From an uncultured delta proteobacterium (GTDB lineage: Bacteria; Desulfobacterota; Desulfomonilia; Desulfomonilales; Desulfomonilaceae): a stretch of 64,000 nucleotides of DNA. Position 1 is the first letter of the stretch; each line of letters begins with the position of its first letter. The position numbers and the translations under genes were made by a program. The stretch covers positions 992,001 to 1,056,000 of the forward strand of contig CAWBKB010000001.1 of assembly GCA_963789265.1 (NCBI GenBank). Reading direction: 5' to 3'. This document shows positions 30,700-41,420 of the stretch, one piece after another. The notes under the pieces were generated by a model, which saw only the letters and a list, made by a program, of their open reading frames with translations, did not search any database and was not told the origin of the DNA.

Positions 30700-32594
30700 A
30701 TGGCCGGCCAAGAATTACTTTCGATGGACTTTTCAGCGGATTGGGACCGCACAGAGCACAATGGGACGTCCGAACAAGATCACACCGATTCAATTCGTGT
30801 GACAGACACGACTGAGGATGTCTCGACGCGTTCAGGCAGCTTTCGGGTAGCCGAATTTCAAGCTGCTTCTTTTCGCTCGCTCTTGAATGCCTTGCCCATT
30901 CCTGCCATGTTGGTGGACCAAACCTATTCGGTCGTTTTCGCGAACAATGCCTCTCAAAAAGTCAACATTGACTCTCACAAAATAGAAGGTGGCCCCTTTT
31001 CTCAATGCTGCCCGACCACCGTGGCGGCCTGGCCGTTCAGGCGGTCATAGACAAGGTCTTTACTCAAAGGAAACGACAGGTTTGCGATAGCCGCCTACAA
31101 GGCAAGAGTGGGACCTTATGGGGTCGCATGCATTTTCGATTGCTGCGATTTGGATCGTCGAAACTGGTACTGGTCCTCATCGAAGACCTTACCGCGGAAA
31201 AGCGAAAGCTAATTCTAACAGAAAAGCACGGCAAAATACTTAGGACCGCCCGGGATCAACTGGAGAAGGCCGTAGAGCTGCGCACCAGCGAACTGGCCGC
31301 GAGCAACTGGCGACTAAGACTGGAAATTACCGAGCGAGAAAGTGCCGAGAAAGAATTGCAAAAGGCCCACGACGAACTGGAGAAGCGCGTGGACCGGCGG
31401 ACCGCTGAACTGCTGGCGGCCAATCGTCGACTCAAGCGAGAAATCGTCGAACGCAAACGGGCCGAAGAAGAAGTGCTTAAGCTGGCGAAGCTTGAATCCA
31501 TCGGGGTCTTAGCCGGTGGCATTGCCCATGATTTCAACAATATTCTGACGGCCGTTCAAGGGAATGTCTCCATGGCCAAGTTGGCTTCGAAACCCGGGGA
31601 CAAAGTTTACAAATGGCGGGCTGAAGCAGAAAAAGCGTCCATGCGTGCCAAAGATTTGACACAGCAACTGCTCACATTTTCCAGAGGCGGCGAACCGGTG
31701 AAGAAACCCTGCCATATCGAGGGCATAGTTAGGGATTCATGCGAGTTTGCAGTACGGGGGTCGAGTGTGCGTTGTGAATTCTCCCTTCCTGAGGACGCTT
31801 GGGCAATAAATGCGGACGAGGGGCAAATCAGCCAGGTGGTGGGCAATTTGATCATAAACGCCCAGCAGGCAATGCCGCACGGAGGGGTCATTGACGTACG
31901 AGTAGAGAATCTTGTAATCGGGCCTGAACGCGGCCTCCCTATCTCCTCTGGTGAATACGTAAGGTTGTCTATCAAAGATCATGGCGTCGGAATACCTGAA
32001 GAACATCTTCCCAATATTTTTGATCCCTACTTCACCACAAAGCAAAAAGGGAGCGGTCTGGGCCTGGCAACTTCGCACTCCATAATCAAGAAACATGACG
32101 GGCTTATTACCGTAAGCTCCACCTCGGGGCTCGGTACAACTTTCGAGATCTATCTTCCCAGGTGTCAGGACGAAGTATCGACGACCCAGGAGTTGAAAAC
32201 TCGGCTGATCACCGGCCGGGCAAGGCTATTGTTGATGGACGACGAACCGACAATAGCGCAGTTGGCCAAGGAAATGCTCTCCATGCTGGGTTATGACGTG
32301 GACGTGGCCCACGAGGGATCGGAAGCCGTGGAACTTTACCAGCAGGCCTGGAAGGCATCGGAACCCTATGACCTTCTCATTGTAGATTTAACTGTGCCGG
32401 GCGGCATGGGCGGAAAAGAAGCAGTTGAGATTCTTGGTAAATCCTACCCAAACATCAAGGCCCTTGTATCGAGTGGTTATTCCAACGATCCGATCATGGC
32501 CAATTACAGGAAATATGGCTTTGCCGGTGTTGTCTCCAAGCCTTACACTGTTCAGGAACTCGCCGGCGCCGTGACCGGAGCGCTTATGCAATAA
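30700..32594 (+). CDS. PAS-like hybrid histidine kinase, 1-nt frameshift near 31000
   Basis: AHDFNN, GSGLGL and REC; N-terminal ORF homologous to the LuxR sensor domain joins at GGPF. Confidence 0.85.
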
Positions 32595-32623
32595 GCATTG
32601 CCCCCTGGACCGATCAGAGGCGG

Positions 32624-32800
32624 TTAGTATTCAGCTTCCTCCTCTTCCAGGAGTTTTTGGAGCTGTTCATCGCTCAGGACTTTCCACGCTTTCATCTCTT
32701 CCCACAATAATTGCCGGCACTTTACGGGAGACAAGCCTCTTGACTGCCAATGCTCCAGTTTTTGATCGGACAGCCGCCGTAATAGTTCATATCTGCCCAT
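32624..32800 (-). CDS. Small hypothetical protein (58 aa)
   Basis: ATG after GGGGGA; helical, internal LSDQKL/LSDEQL repeat. Confidence 0.45.
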   Translation of the reverse strand: MGRYELLRRLSDQKLEHWQSRGLSPVKCRQLLWEEMKAWKVLSDEQLQKLLEEEEAEY

Positions 32801-32995
32801 AGGTCGTCCCCCATTCCCACGCGTGCCGACAGTCGGTGTAAACTCCATATACTGCCTGGATCTCATCCAAAACGCTGAAATAATCAAATCATATCGTGAG
32901 TCATTTGCACCGATTTTGAGTGGTTGATAAGTGGAAATTACCAACAGCCGGGCACGGCGACGCGGCGCAGGCGGCCGACTCACTTGACCGCAGAA

Positions 32996-33679
32996 TCATG
33001 ACGGAATGACAACGTCTCCTTCCAACAGAGCCAGCGCTTCGGGGTACATACCCCTCTTGATGGCTCCAAAGGTGTGTCGGTCCTTATCGGCCAATGGCGT
33101 AACATAGGCTGTAGCCGTCACCAGCACCTTATCGGCAGGGACCGCTTCATCTACAATGCCCAAATGTTTCGCTTCGATGCCTCCTATCTTGGCTCCTGTG
33201 AGCATCGAGTTCCGAAACACATTGGGTGTCAACCGGCTCTTGATCAGGGCCGTCATACCGGGAACGAACGGAATGTTGATATCCACTTCGGGCAAGCAGA
33301 AGTACCCGCGATCTACCCGCATGACTCGGAAGTCGTGTGCCAGGGCAAGCATTGCTCCGGCAGCAAAGGCGTGCCCGTTAATGGCGGCTGCGGTGGGCAC
33401 TGGAAATGCCATTACGCGTCCGAGAAGTTTCAAAACGGTCTTGATGAATTCGGGTGCCTCTTTCTGGCCGTCGCCGCTGAGCCAGGCCAAGTCCAGTCCA
33501 TTGGAGTAGAACTTCTCCTCTCCGCCGATGGTCACGAGAGCGGCCGGTCCGTGGGACTTTTCGATTGAGTCCAGCGCTTCGTTCATGGCATGGACGAAGG
33601 TTCGATTGAACCGATTTTCTCCACTCTCCATAGTAAGAATGAAAACGTCCCCTTCCTTTTTCAGATCGACGATACTCAT
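32996..33679 (-). CDS. Enoyl-CoA hydratase/isomerase family protein
   Basis: FYSNGLDL, AINGHAFAAG and LPEVDI motifs. Confidence 0.9.
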   Translation of the reverse strand: MSIVDLKKEGDVFILTMESGENRFNRTFVHAMNEALDSIEKSHGPAALVTIGGEEKFYSNGLDLAWLSGDGQKEAPEFIKTVLKLLGRVMAFPVPTAAAINGHAFAAGAMLALAHDFRVMRVDRGYFCLPEVDINIPFVPGMTALIKSRLTPNVFRNSMLTGAKIGGIEAKHLGIVDEAVPADKVLVTATAYVTPLADKDRHTFGAIKRGMYPEALALLEGDVVIPS

Positions 33680-33924
33680 AAATTGAACTCCCTCTATTCG
33701 TTTATTCTTTGAAAGGACATTCTTGTGTTCAAAAGATTGCCAGTCCCCGAGGCTCTGCCTCGACTATGATAGTGAAATAAAGACAGTTTGCGGGCAGAGC
33801 CCGCGAGATATGGATTCCAGGCGGAGCCTGGGAACCAGGACTCTGAAAAGATTGAACCGCAATTAGTGAGTGTTGTGCAAGCCTTTTTTCTTCTCTGCTG
33901 TCTCGGCACATCCTGCGTCTCGCG

Positions 33925-34103
33925 CATAGGCGTTAGCTTAAGGCAATTTCCTCCCTTTTCAAGAGGCGAATGCAGACCGAGGGCGATCAAAGTCCCCCTT
34001 TTCTAAAGGGGGATTTAGGGGGATTTTCAATGAGTTATCCCAAAATCCCCCCTGACCCCCCATTTACGAAAGGGGGGAATAAATCGTTAACTTAACGCCT
34101 GTG
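33925..34103. mobile_element. Second IS4-like MITE inserted into a hairpin, carrying a CCCCC/GGGGG palindrome
   Basis: TIR CATAGGCGTTAGCTTAA / TTAACTTAACGCCTGTG; 11-bp flanks TGCGTCTCGCG / CGCCTCTCGCG. Confidence 0.7.
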
Positions 34104-34132
34104 CGCCTCTCGCGGGACAGCGACCGATCACG

Positions 34133-35662
34133 TCAATCGTATCTCCTGTCCAGCGATCTATATTGAATGGCTTCGGCCACGTGGGGCGGTTGAATGTCCT
34201 GAACCCCTTCCAGGTCCGCAATGGTTCTGGCAATTTTGAGTATGCGATGATACGCGCGAGCCGATAAGCCCAACTTTTCGACAGCTTTTTCGAGGAATTT
34301 CATCGAATCGCCATCCAGGCCGCAGTGCTTCCTGAGAAGCGCGGAGCGCATTTGCGCGTTAGAGAAGAGACCACTCTTGCCCAGGCGGGCTAGTTGGATC
34401 CGGCGGGCGCTGTTTACTCGCTGCCTGATAGTTTCGGACGATTCTCCGTCCGTCACCGCGGTCAAGTCACGCCATTCAATGGAGGGAACCTCGATGTGGA
34501 TGTCGATTCTGTCCAGCAGCGGCCCTGAGATCTTGCTCCAATATCGCTGAACGGACTGCTTGGAACAGGTACATTGGTGCTTGGGATCCCCGCGGTATCC
34601 GCATGGGCACGGGTTCATTGCAGCCACCAGCATAAATCTGGCGGGAAACGTCAGGGCCAGTTGTGCCCTTGATATAGTCACTTCACCGTCTTCAAGCGGC
34701 TGACGCAAGACCTCCAAAACATTCTTGCGGAACTCGGGAAGTTCATCCAGAAAAAGAACTCCGTTGTGAGCCAGCGACACTTCTCCCGGCCGCGGGATCA
34801 TTCCTCCGCCGATTAGCCCGGCATCAGATACGGTGTGGTGGGGAGAGCGGAACGGTCGCACAGTCATGACCGAACTGTTGCGCCCCAACAGGCCCACGGC
34901 TGAGTATATTCTGGTGGTCTGCAACGCCTCCTCGAACACCGGCTCGGGCAGGATCGTCGGAATGCGCTGGGAAAGCATGGTTTTCCCGGAGCCCGGCGGG
35001 CCGATCATCAGAACATTATGCCCACCTGCGGCAGCCACTTCCACGGCCCGTTTTGCGTACTCCTGTCCCCGAACCTCTCCGAAATCCACGTGGTAAGCGC
35101 CGTAACGATCGGGTGTAGCGCCACTGCGCGGCTTGGTGGGTTCGACAACTACACGGTCCATCAAGAATCCGGTGGCCGTGAGGAGGTTAGGCACGCCAAG
35201 CACGTCTATACCTTCCACTACTGCCGCCTCGCGCGCATTCACATCCGGCAGGATCAGACCTTTGAATCCGAGGTCTCTCGCAGCAAGCCCCAGCGACAGC
35301 GCGCCCCGCACGGCTTTTATGCGGCCGTCGAGGGCTAGTTCTCCCACCACAACGTAATCGTCGAGCCTATCGGAAGGGAGCAAATTTAATGCAGCTAGTA
35401 TGCCCAGAGCAATGGGGAGGTCGAAGCCCGAACCCTCCTTCTTCAAATCCGCTGGAGCGAGGTTTACCGTGATGCGACGGGCAGGGAAGGGGTACCCGCT
35501 ATTGACTATGGCAGACTTGACTCGTGCAGCGCTTTCTTTGACGGCACTGTCAGGCAGACCGACTACGGCAACCGATGGCAGGCCCTGGTAGACGTCGACT
35601 TCCACTTCTGCCGGATGCGCGTCAATCCCGATGAGAGTCGCGGAATGAACCCGTGCGAGCAC
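34133..35662 (-). CDS. comM: YifB/ComM Mg-chelatase-like AAA+ ATPase (full length)
   Basis: [30 protein letters not shown] and AMNPCPCG motifs. Confidence 0.95.
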   Translation of the reverse strand: MLARVHSATLIGIDAHPAEVEVDVYQGLPSVAVVGLPDSAVKESAARVKSAIVNSGYPFPARRITVNLAPADLKKEGSGFDLPIALGILAALNLLPSDRLDDYVVVGELALDGRIKAVRGALSLGLAARDLGFKGLILPDVNAREAAVVEGIDVLGVPNLLTATGFLMDRVVVEPTKPRSGATPDRYGAYHVDFGEVRGQEYAKRAVEVAAAGGHNVLMIGPPGSGKTMLSQRIPTILPEPVFEEALQTTRIYSAVGLLGRNSSVMTVRPFRSPHHTVSDAGLIGGGMIPRPGEVSLAHNGVLFLDELPEFRKNVLEVLRQPLEDGEVTISRAQLALTFPARFMLVAAMNPCPCGYRGDPKHQCTCSKQSVQRYWSKISGPLLDRIDIHIEVPSIEWRDLTAVTDGESSETIRQRVNSARRIQLARLGKSGLFSNAQMRSALLRKHCGLDGDSMKFLEKAVEKLGLSARAYHRILKIARTIADLEGVQDIQPPHVAEAIQYRSLDRRYD

Positions 35663-35801
35663 AGTGAGCCTCGGTTGTCGCTTATCTTTGGACATGGCCC
35701 GCGAAAGAGCCGGCCCTGAAAACATGGGTCATCATAGCATAGAGGAGGTGATGTCTAAAATGCTAAAGATGGCAGGCTGGATACAGGCCGGGCAATAGTG
35801 G

Positions 35802-36137
35802 CTACAGTGCATATCCAGGGGATTGTGCGTCTTCCACAGGCACGAGACGCACCTCTACCCTCCTATGGAGAGCATTGGCTATTCTTGAAGCCATTCCGAG
35901 GAAATCCCCTTCATAATCTGCCTCCTCGACGTCGTCAATGACTGTGGCGCTAATTCCCACGAGATCGGCCAGTTGCTCCTGCGTCAGGCCTGCCTGATTA
36001 CGGAGGTTGTAAAGCTGTCTGGCGATGTCGGCTTTGACACCCAACTCTTCGAAGTACTTTTCCATCTCCGGATCGCCTTTGATGTATCGGTCATAAGCCC
36101 ATTGGTAAGCGTCGGAACTGAGTTTTTTCTCTTCCAT
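35802..36137 (-). CDS. XRE/HigA-like HTH antitoxin
   Basis: LRNQAGLTQEQLADLVG HTH, directly after the toxin gene. Confidence 0.85.
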   Translation of the reverse strand: MEEKKLSSDAYQWAYDRYIKGDPEMEKYFEELGVKADIARQLYNLRNQAGLTQEQLADLVGISATVIDDVEEADYEGDFLGMASRIANALHRRVEVRLVPVEDAQSPGYAL

Positions 36138-36138
36138 G

Positions 36139-36510
36139 TCAAGGCTCCCATCGAAATGTATGGGTCTTTGGATCAGCTTCAAAACTTTTCTTTAGAGCTA
36201 CGGCCTTGTCTATCTCTTTTGGAGGAACCTCTTTCTCCTTCTTCAATCCGTGAGTAAGCACTACGACTTGGTTCCCGTGAAAGAAATATAATATACGGTA
36301 GTTGAGACTTTGAATTCTGACCCGAAGTTCATGAATACCATCCTTGAGATAATCAGATTCAGGTCGTCGAAGATTACTTCCGAAGGCCCTCAGTATGCCT
36401 ATCCATTTCAAACATTTGGCTCTGTGCTTCAGTTGAAGCCCATCGAGCCAGTCGGACATAGGGACCGACCCGTCATCCTCCTTGTAGAATACGACCTGGA
36501 CTGGCAGCAT
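36139..36510 (-). CDS. RelE/ParE (Gp49/HigB-like) toxin
   Basis: FYKEDDGSVP..LRRPESDYLKDGIHELR..YRILYFF..LTHGLKK. Confidence 0.9.
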   Translation of the reverse strand: MLPVQVVFYKEDDGSVPMSDWLDGLQLKHRAKCLKWIGILRAFGSNLRRPESDYLKDGIHELRVRIQSLNYRILYFFHGNQVVVLTHGLKKEKEVPPKEIDKAVALKKSFEADPKTHTFRWEP

Positions 36511-36575
36511 TCGTTCCTCTTACGCGAGTTGTTATCGATGAATCTGCGGCAAAGGTCAAGCCATGATCAGTTCAG

Positions 36576-36667
36576 GCAGGAGCGGTGAGCGAGGCGAACC
36601 GCATCGAGTGCGCGAAAAGAGGCGGGCAAACCGAAGGATGCGGTTCCAGTTGGTCGCCTCATCCCAC
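36576..36667 (+). repeat. Degenerate GTAG-type REP doublet related to 3036-3127
   Basis: GCAGGAGCGGTGAGCGAGGCGAACCGCATC..GATGCGGTTC..CATCCCAC. Confidence 0.6.
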
Positions 36668-36738
36668 GCGGCGTCGCCGGCCCGAGATGAGCCAAGAGCA
36701 GACTTGACCCCACTTCCTCTCACAAGTGAATCCTGAAT

Positions 36739-37542
36739 TTAATCCAGGTCCCTGATAATCTCCTTATCTCGTTCATCAAGAGTTTCATATTCGTCCTCGA
36801 GTACATGGACTAACTCCTTGTCTCCGATGCCACGTATCGTGGCCTGCTTAACGACGAACTTCTTACTATATGACTCGTCCATGTCCAGTTGAAAGTCGAA
36901 CCCCCTCCGTGCCACGCAAAAGGATAGCCCGCCTAGTTTCTGAAGCCTGGCTGCAATGTTGATGCATGCCCCGAAGAAGTCGCTGCCGTTCCCTACGGTA
37001 TAAATGTCGCCTGTTGCAATGCCGCACCTCAATTTCGTTGGGCAGTACGCAACCTCCTTCCTGATACGACTGTAGAATTCATCGCTATACTTCTGACACA
37101 AACAATAACAAGTTGTTACAACATTACATTTGTCCTCATTAGGCATCTCACCAGTATCCCACAAGAGCATGATGCCGTCTCCCATGAATTTTGAGTAGAA
37201 AGGCGGCTCGCAATATATCAAGTAACCCTCCTTGATTTTCTTCTTAATAATTTCCTGCCTAATTGCGGTATAGAACCAATCCAGAAACTTGGACAAGAAC
37301 TCAGGCACCACAAGCCTTGGGTCTACCTGTTTGCAGAAATCAGTAAAGCCTTGGAGATCAAAGACTGCGCATATAGCCTCTATCCGCGTTGCCTTAGCGC
37401 TAATATCGCCAAGGCCCAATACCGTCGAGTCAAAGGGGTCGAACTTATCTGCCTTGACGTAAAGGTCATGATCCTGGTCCTCGTCTCCTTCTTCGTCCTT
37501 GACTACCGTCTTGTCAGTTGGTTCTATACGGAATATACCCAT
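36739..37542 (-). CDS. Stand-alone class III nucleotidyl (adenylate/guanylate) cyclase-domain protein
   Basis: FDLQGFT, KFMGDG, RCGIATG and INIAARLQ motifs. Confidence 0.8.
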   Translation of the reverse strand: MGIFRIEPTDKTVVKDEEGDEDQDHDLYVKADKFDPFDSTVLGLGDISAKATRIEAICAVFDLQGFTDFCKQVDPRLVVPEFLSKFLDWFYTAIRQEIIKKKIKEGYLIYCEPPFYSKFMGDGIMLLWDTGEMPNEDKCNVVTTCYCLCQKYSDEFYSRIRKEVAYCPTKLRCGIATGDIYTVGNGSDFFGACINIAARLQKLGGLSFCVARRGFDFQLDMDESYSKKFVVKQATIRGIGDKELVHVLEDEYETLDERDKEIIRDLD

Positions 37543-37839
37543 GGCTTACCCCCGATTGGAAATGCGGACTGGCAAACACCTTGACCAATAACAAATGCTC
37601 GATCAGTCATCTTATTACACTCGGACAAGAATTATTTGCCGAATGTCTGAAAAAGTCATCAGATGCTGCTGCATTTGATGGCTTGTGTTGAATTCTGGCC
37701 CCAAGAAAAGCCGTTCTGCTGAACAATCCGGATCCACTTGGGCTTTGCCTAGTGAATCCCGAGCGATTTTTTCGTCAAGCACGGAATGGTATGCTTGTTT
37801 CCAGCAAATGGGCCACTGCATCAACTAAGGACATAACGC

Positions 37840-38493
37840 CAGAACATTATGCCCGTCGGCGGCAGCTACCTCCACGGCCCTTTTTGCTTACTCCTGTCCC
37901 CGAACCTCTCCGAAATCCACGTGGTAAGCGCCGTAACGATCGGGTGCAGCGCCACTGCGCGGCTTGGTGGGTTCGACAACCATGCGATCCATCAAGAATC
38001 CTGTGGCCGTGAGGAGGTTCGGCACACCGAGCACTTCTATACCTTCCACTACTGCCGCCTCGCGCGCGTTCACATCCGGCAGGATCAGACCTTTGAATCC
38101 GAGGTCTCTCGCAGCAAGCCCCAGCGACAGCGCGCCCCGCACGGCCTTTATGCGGCCATCGAGGGCTAGTTCTCCAACTACGATGTAATCATCGAGTTTT
38201 TCCGAGGGGAGCAAATTTAATGCAGCTAGTATGCCCAGAGCAATGGGGAGGTCGAAGCCCGAACCCTCTTTCTTCAAGTCCGCTGGAGCGAGGTTTACCG
38301 TGATGCGACGGGCAGGGAAGGGGTACCCGCTGTTGACTATGGCAGATTTGACTCGTGCTGCGCTTTCTTTGACGGCACTGTCAGGCAGACCGACTACGGC
38401 AACCGATGGCAGGCCCTGGTAGACGTCGACTTCCACTTCTGCCGGATGCGCGTCAATCCCGATGAGAGTCGCGGAATGGACCCGTGCCAGCAC
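37840..38493 (-). pseudogene. comM: Truncated 5' duplicate of comM (N-terminal domain only)
   Basis: Near-identical to 35009-35662 at a constant 2831-bp offset; TAC>TAA stop after 201 aa; homology ends after GHNVL. Confidence 0.9.
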
Positions 38494-38792
38494 AGTGACA
38501 CCTCCTCACTTCGCTTTACTGCTTGGATCGTATCAGAACGGCAAGGCAAAGTCTCGCTGTATATCATGCCGGGAGAACCTTTTAGTAAGTAATGATGCTC
38601 CGCAGCAAGAAGCAAAGGGTCAGGTCTTGAAATGCAACTTAATTTGAGTCGGCTTATTCGAGCAGACCTGTTGTTCCTTAAGATGTGCCGAGCCCTGGTA
38701 ATATGCTATCGCAGTGTCCTCGCAATATCCGATCGTAGGGGGCGACGATTCTGCTTGAAAAACACGGTGTTCCCAGGCACCGAAATAATCAT

Positions 38793-38989
38793 TTATCAAC
38801 AGGTGTTTATAACTGATTTGGCTCCAGGAACAATTTTGTACCAAACTTAAGAGAATAGGGAACTTTGGTGTATCTCCACGAAATGACAGATCATTTTTTA
38901 GTGTCCCGACTTAACGCAGTTTGCTTTCGAGGCAGTATTTTCCAAGTCATAGGTGAGTTATCCACCGGGTTACAAGCAAGTTATCCACA
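38793..38989. promoter_or_regulatory. Cluster of DnaA-box-like sites
   Basis: TTATCCACA 38981-38989, TTATCCACC 38958-38966, TTATCAACA 38793-38801, reverse TTATAAACA 38804-38812. Confidence 0.55.
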
Positions 38990-39223
38990 GGATCTGTGAG
39001 ATTTCGGTTAAGGCATCGTGAGGGGCGCTAATGCTGCCATTACCCCTAGCCATCCCATAATAGACTGACCCAATCTTACCGGGAATCAGCCGATATGGCA
39101 TTGTTCAAGAGGGAATGAATATCGTTAAGATTCTTTTGAGCCGTTTGACGGGTATTTCAAGAAATTCCGCCTGATCGTCAACCGGCAAGACATCGAAAGA
39201 AGTCGCGGTCTCAATCTCCTGCC

Positions 39224-40327
39224 TCAGGCGTTCATCTCCCATTTTCCTTCTGAGGTTCCGCTGATTCCTCGTACGAACAGGGCAAAGTCGTCAGGATTTG
39301 TTGCCGCCCCTAGTGCAGTTTCATAAGTGACCAATTTGTTTTTGTATAATTGCATTAGCGATTGATCGAATGTCTGCATGCCGTAGCTGATGTGTCCTTC
39401 AGCTATCGCGTCTCTGATCTCCCGAGATCTGCGTTCATCTGCTATGCACTCGCGCATGCGGGAAGTGGAAATTAGCACTTCCACAGCAGGGACTCTCCCC
39501 TTTCCATCTGCTCTTGGAAGCAATCTCTGAGAGATGATTCCCTTGATCATTCCTGCTAGCTGTATTCGGACTGAAGTCTGGTGCTGAATAGGAAATGCCG
39601 CAATGACACGGTTGATAGTCTCGGTCGCATCCAGCGTATGGGTGGTGCTGAAGACCAAGTGCCCGGTCTCCGCGGCCAGCATGGCGATCTCGATTGTTTC
39701 GAGATCTCGCATTTCCCCCACCAGAATTACATCGGGATCTTCGCGAAGCGCGGATCGCAATGCGTTCTGAAACGTAAGAGTGTCCTGCCCCACCTCACGT
39801 TGATTTATTATGCTCTTGCGGTCTCTGTGCAAGTATTCGATGGGATCTTCAATAGTGATCAGGTGGCAGTTTCTGAGCGAGTTGATGTGATTGATCATTG
39901 CTGCCAAAGTCGTGGTCTTCCCTGAACCCGTGACGCCCGTAACCAATACCAGGCCCCGTTGCTCCATCGTTATCTTTTCGATTACAGGAGGAAGATTGAG
40001 GTCCTTCAGTGAGGGTGGCTCCGACGGGATGGCTCGAAAGACCATAGCGATAGAATCTCGCTGAGAAAAAACGTTGACGCGAAATCTCGCCAGGCGGGAG
40101 ACTCCGTAAGCCATATCCAGTTCCTTGGTCTTGGTAAACATTTCCCGCTGGCGCTCGTTCATGACCGAGAGGGCCACTCGTCGAATTTCATCAGGCGTCA
40201 GGCGCTCTTCACCCTTCATGGGCGCCAGCACACCATTAACACGCGTGACCGGAGGAAGCGGTACCTTCAAATGGATATCCGAAGCTCCCATCTCAACGGC
40301 TTTTCTCAAGACATTATCCAGATCCAT
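39224..40327 (-). CDS. pilT: Type IV pilus retraction ATPase PilT family
   Basis: ASDIHL, GVTGSGKTT, TIEDPIE, ALREDPD and GMQTFDQ motifs. Confidence 0.92.
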   Translation of the reverse strand: MDLDNVLRKAVEMGASDIHLKVPLPPVTRVNGVLAPMKGEERLTPDEIRRVALSVMNERQREMFTKTKELDMAYGVSRLARFRVNVFSQRDSIAMVFRAIPSEPPSLKDLNLPPVIEKITMEQRGLVLVTGVTGSGKTTTLAAMINHINSLRNCHLITIEDPIEYLHRDRKSIINQREVGQDTLTFQNALRSALREDPDVILVGEMRDLETIEIAMLAAETGHLVFSTTHTLDATETINRVIAAFPIQHQTSVRIQLAGMIKGIISQRLLPRADGKGRVPAVEVLISTSRMRECIADERRSREIRDAIAEGHISYGMQTFDQSLMQLYKNKLVTYETALGAATNPDDFALFVRGISGTSEGKWEMNA

Positions 40328-40340
40328 ATTAATGCCTCGT

Positions 40341-41420
40341 CTAACTTATCTCCGCGTCGTGATCTTCATCTGATTTGGATGTCAGCAATATCCCTTTTTG
40401 TTCCAGCAGCTTTATGCGGATTGCATTCATGATTTCGGGGTTCTGTTTCAGAAAAAGTTTCGCGTTTTCTCTACCTTGGCCGATGCGTTCGTCTCCATAA
40501 GAGTACCAGGCCCCGGATTTATCGATAATCCCGGAGTCGACCCCCATGTCCACGACTTCTCCGGCTATGGATATGCCCTCATTGTACATGATGTCGAACT
40601 CGACTTGCTGGAAAGGCGGGGACAGCTTGTTCTTGACGACCTTCACCCTGGTTCGGGAGCCGACAACACTTTCCCCGTCTTTGATCTGCCCGATTCGGCG
40701 GATATCCAACCTGAGCGAGGCGTAGAATTTTAGAGCATTGCCACCAGTCGTGGTTTCAGGATTTCCAAACATGATACCTATTTTTTGTCTGATCTGGTTG
40801 GTAAAAACCACCGATGCATTGGAACGCGTGATAGCGGCGGTGAGTTTTCTGAGCGCCTGGGACATCAGGCGTGCCTGCAGTCCCATGTGTGAGTCCCCCA
40901 TCTCACCTTCAATCTCGGCCCTGGGCACCAATGCCGCGACCGAGTCGATTACCACGACTTCCATGGCACCGGATCGGACCAATATCTCAGTGATTTCGAG
41001 AGCCTGTTCGCCCGTATCGGGCTGAGAAATCAACAGCTCATCCGTGTTGACCCCGAGCTTTTTCGCATAGTGGATGTCCAACGCATGCTCTGCATCCACA
41101 AAGGCAGCATAGCCCCCTCTCTTTTGCGCCTCAGCAATGATATGGAGACAGAGGGTCGTCTTTCCGGAGGATTCCGGGCCGAAGATCTCAACCACCCGGC
41201 CTTGCGGGACACCGCCCACACCGATAGCGATATCGAGACCCAGAGATCCCGTGGGAATGGTTTTCACATTCGGGATGACACCGGTGCTCCCAAGTTTCAT
41301 TATTGCGCCCTTACCGAATTGCCTTTCGATTTGGCTGACTGCCATATCCACGGCCCTTGTCTTTTCAGAGTCGGATGGGTTTCCCTCGTTTGGTTCCCGC
41401 CCTCTTTTGGGTTTGGCCAT
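40341..41420 (-). CDS. recA: Recombinase A
   Basis: [16 protein letters not shown] and [10 protein letters not shown] motifs. Confidence 0.99.
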   Translation of the reverse strand: MAKPKRGREPNEGNPSDSEKTRAVDMAVSQIERQFGKGAIMKLGSTGVIPNVKTIPTGSLGLDIAIGVGGVPQGRVVEIFGPESSGKTTLCLHIIAEAQKRGGYAAFVDAEHALDIHYAKKLGVNTDELLISQPDTGEQALEITEILVRSGAMEVVVIDSVAALVPRAEIEGEMGDSHMGLQARLMSQALRKLTAAITRSNASVVFTNQIRQKIGIMFGNPETTTGGNALKFYASLRLDIRRIGQIKDGESVVGSRTRVKVVKNKLSPPFQQVEFDIMYNEGISIAGEVVDMGVDSGIIDKSGAWYSYGDERIGQGRENAKLFLKQNPEIMNAIRIKLLEQKGILLTSKSDEDHDAEIS

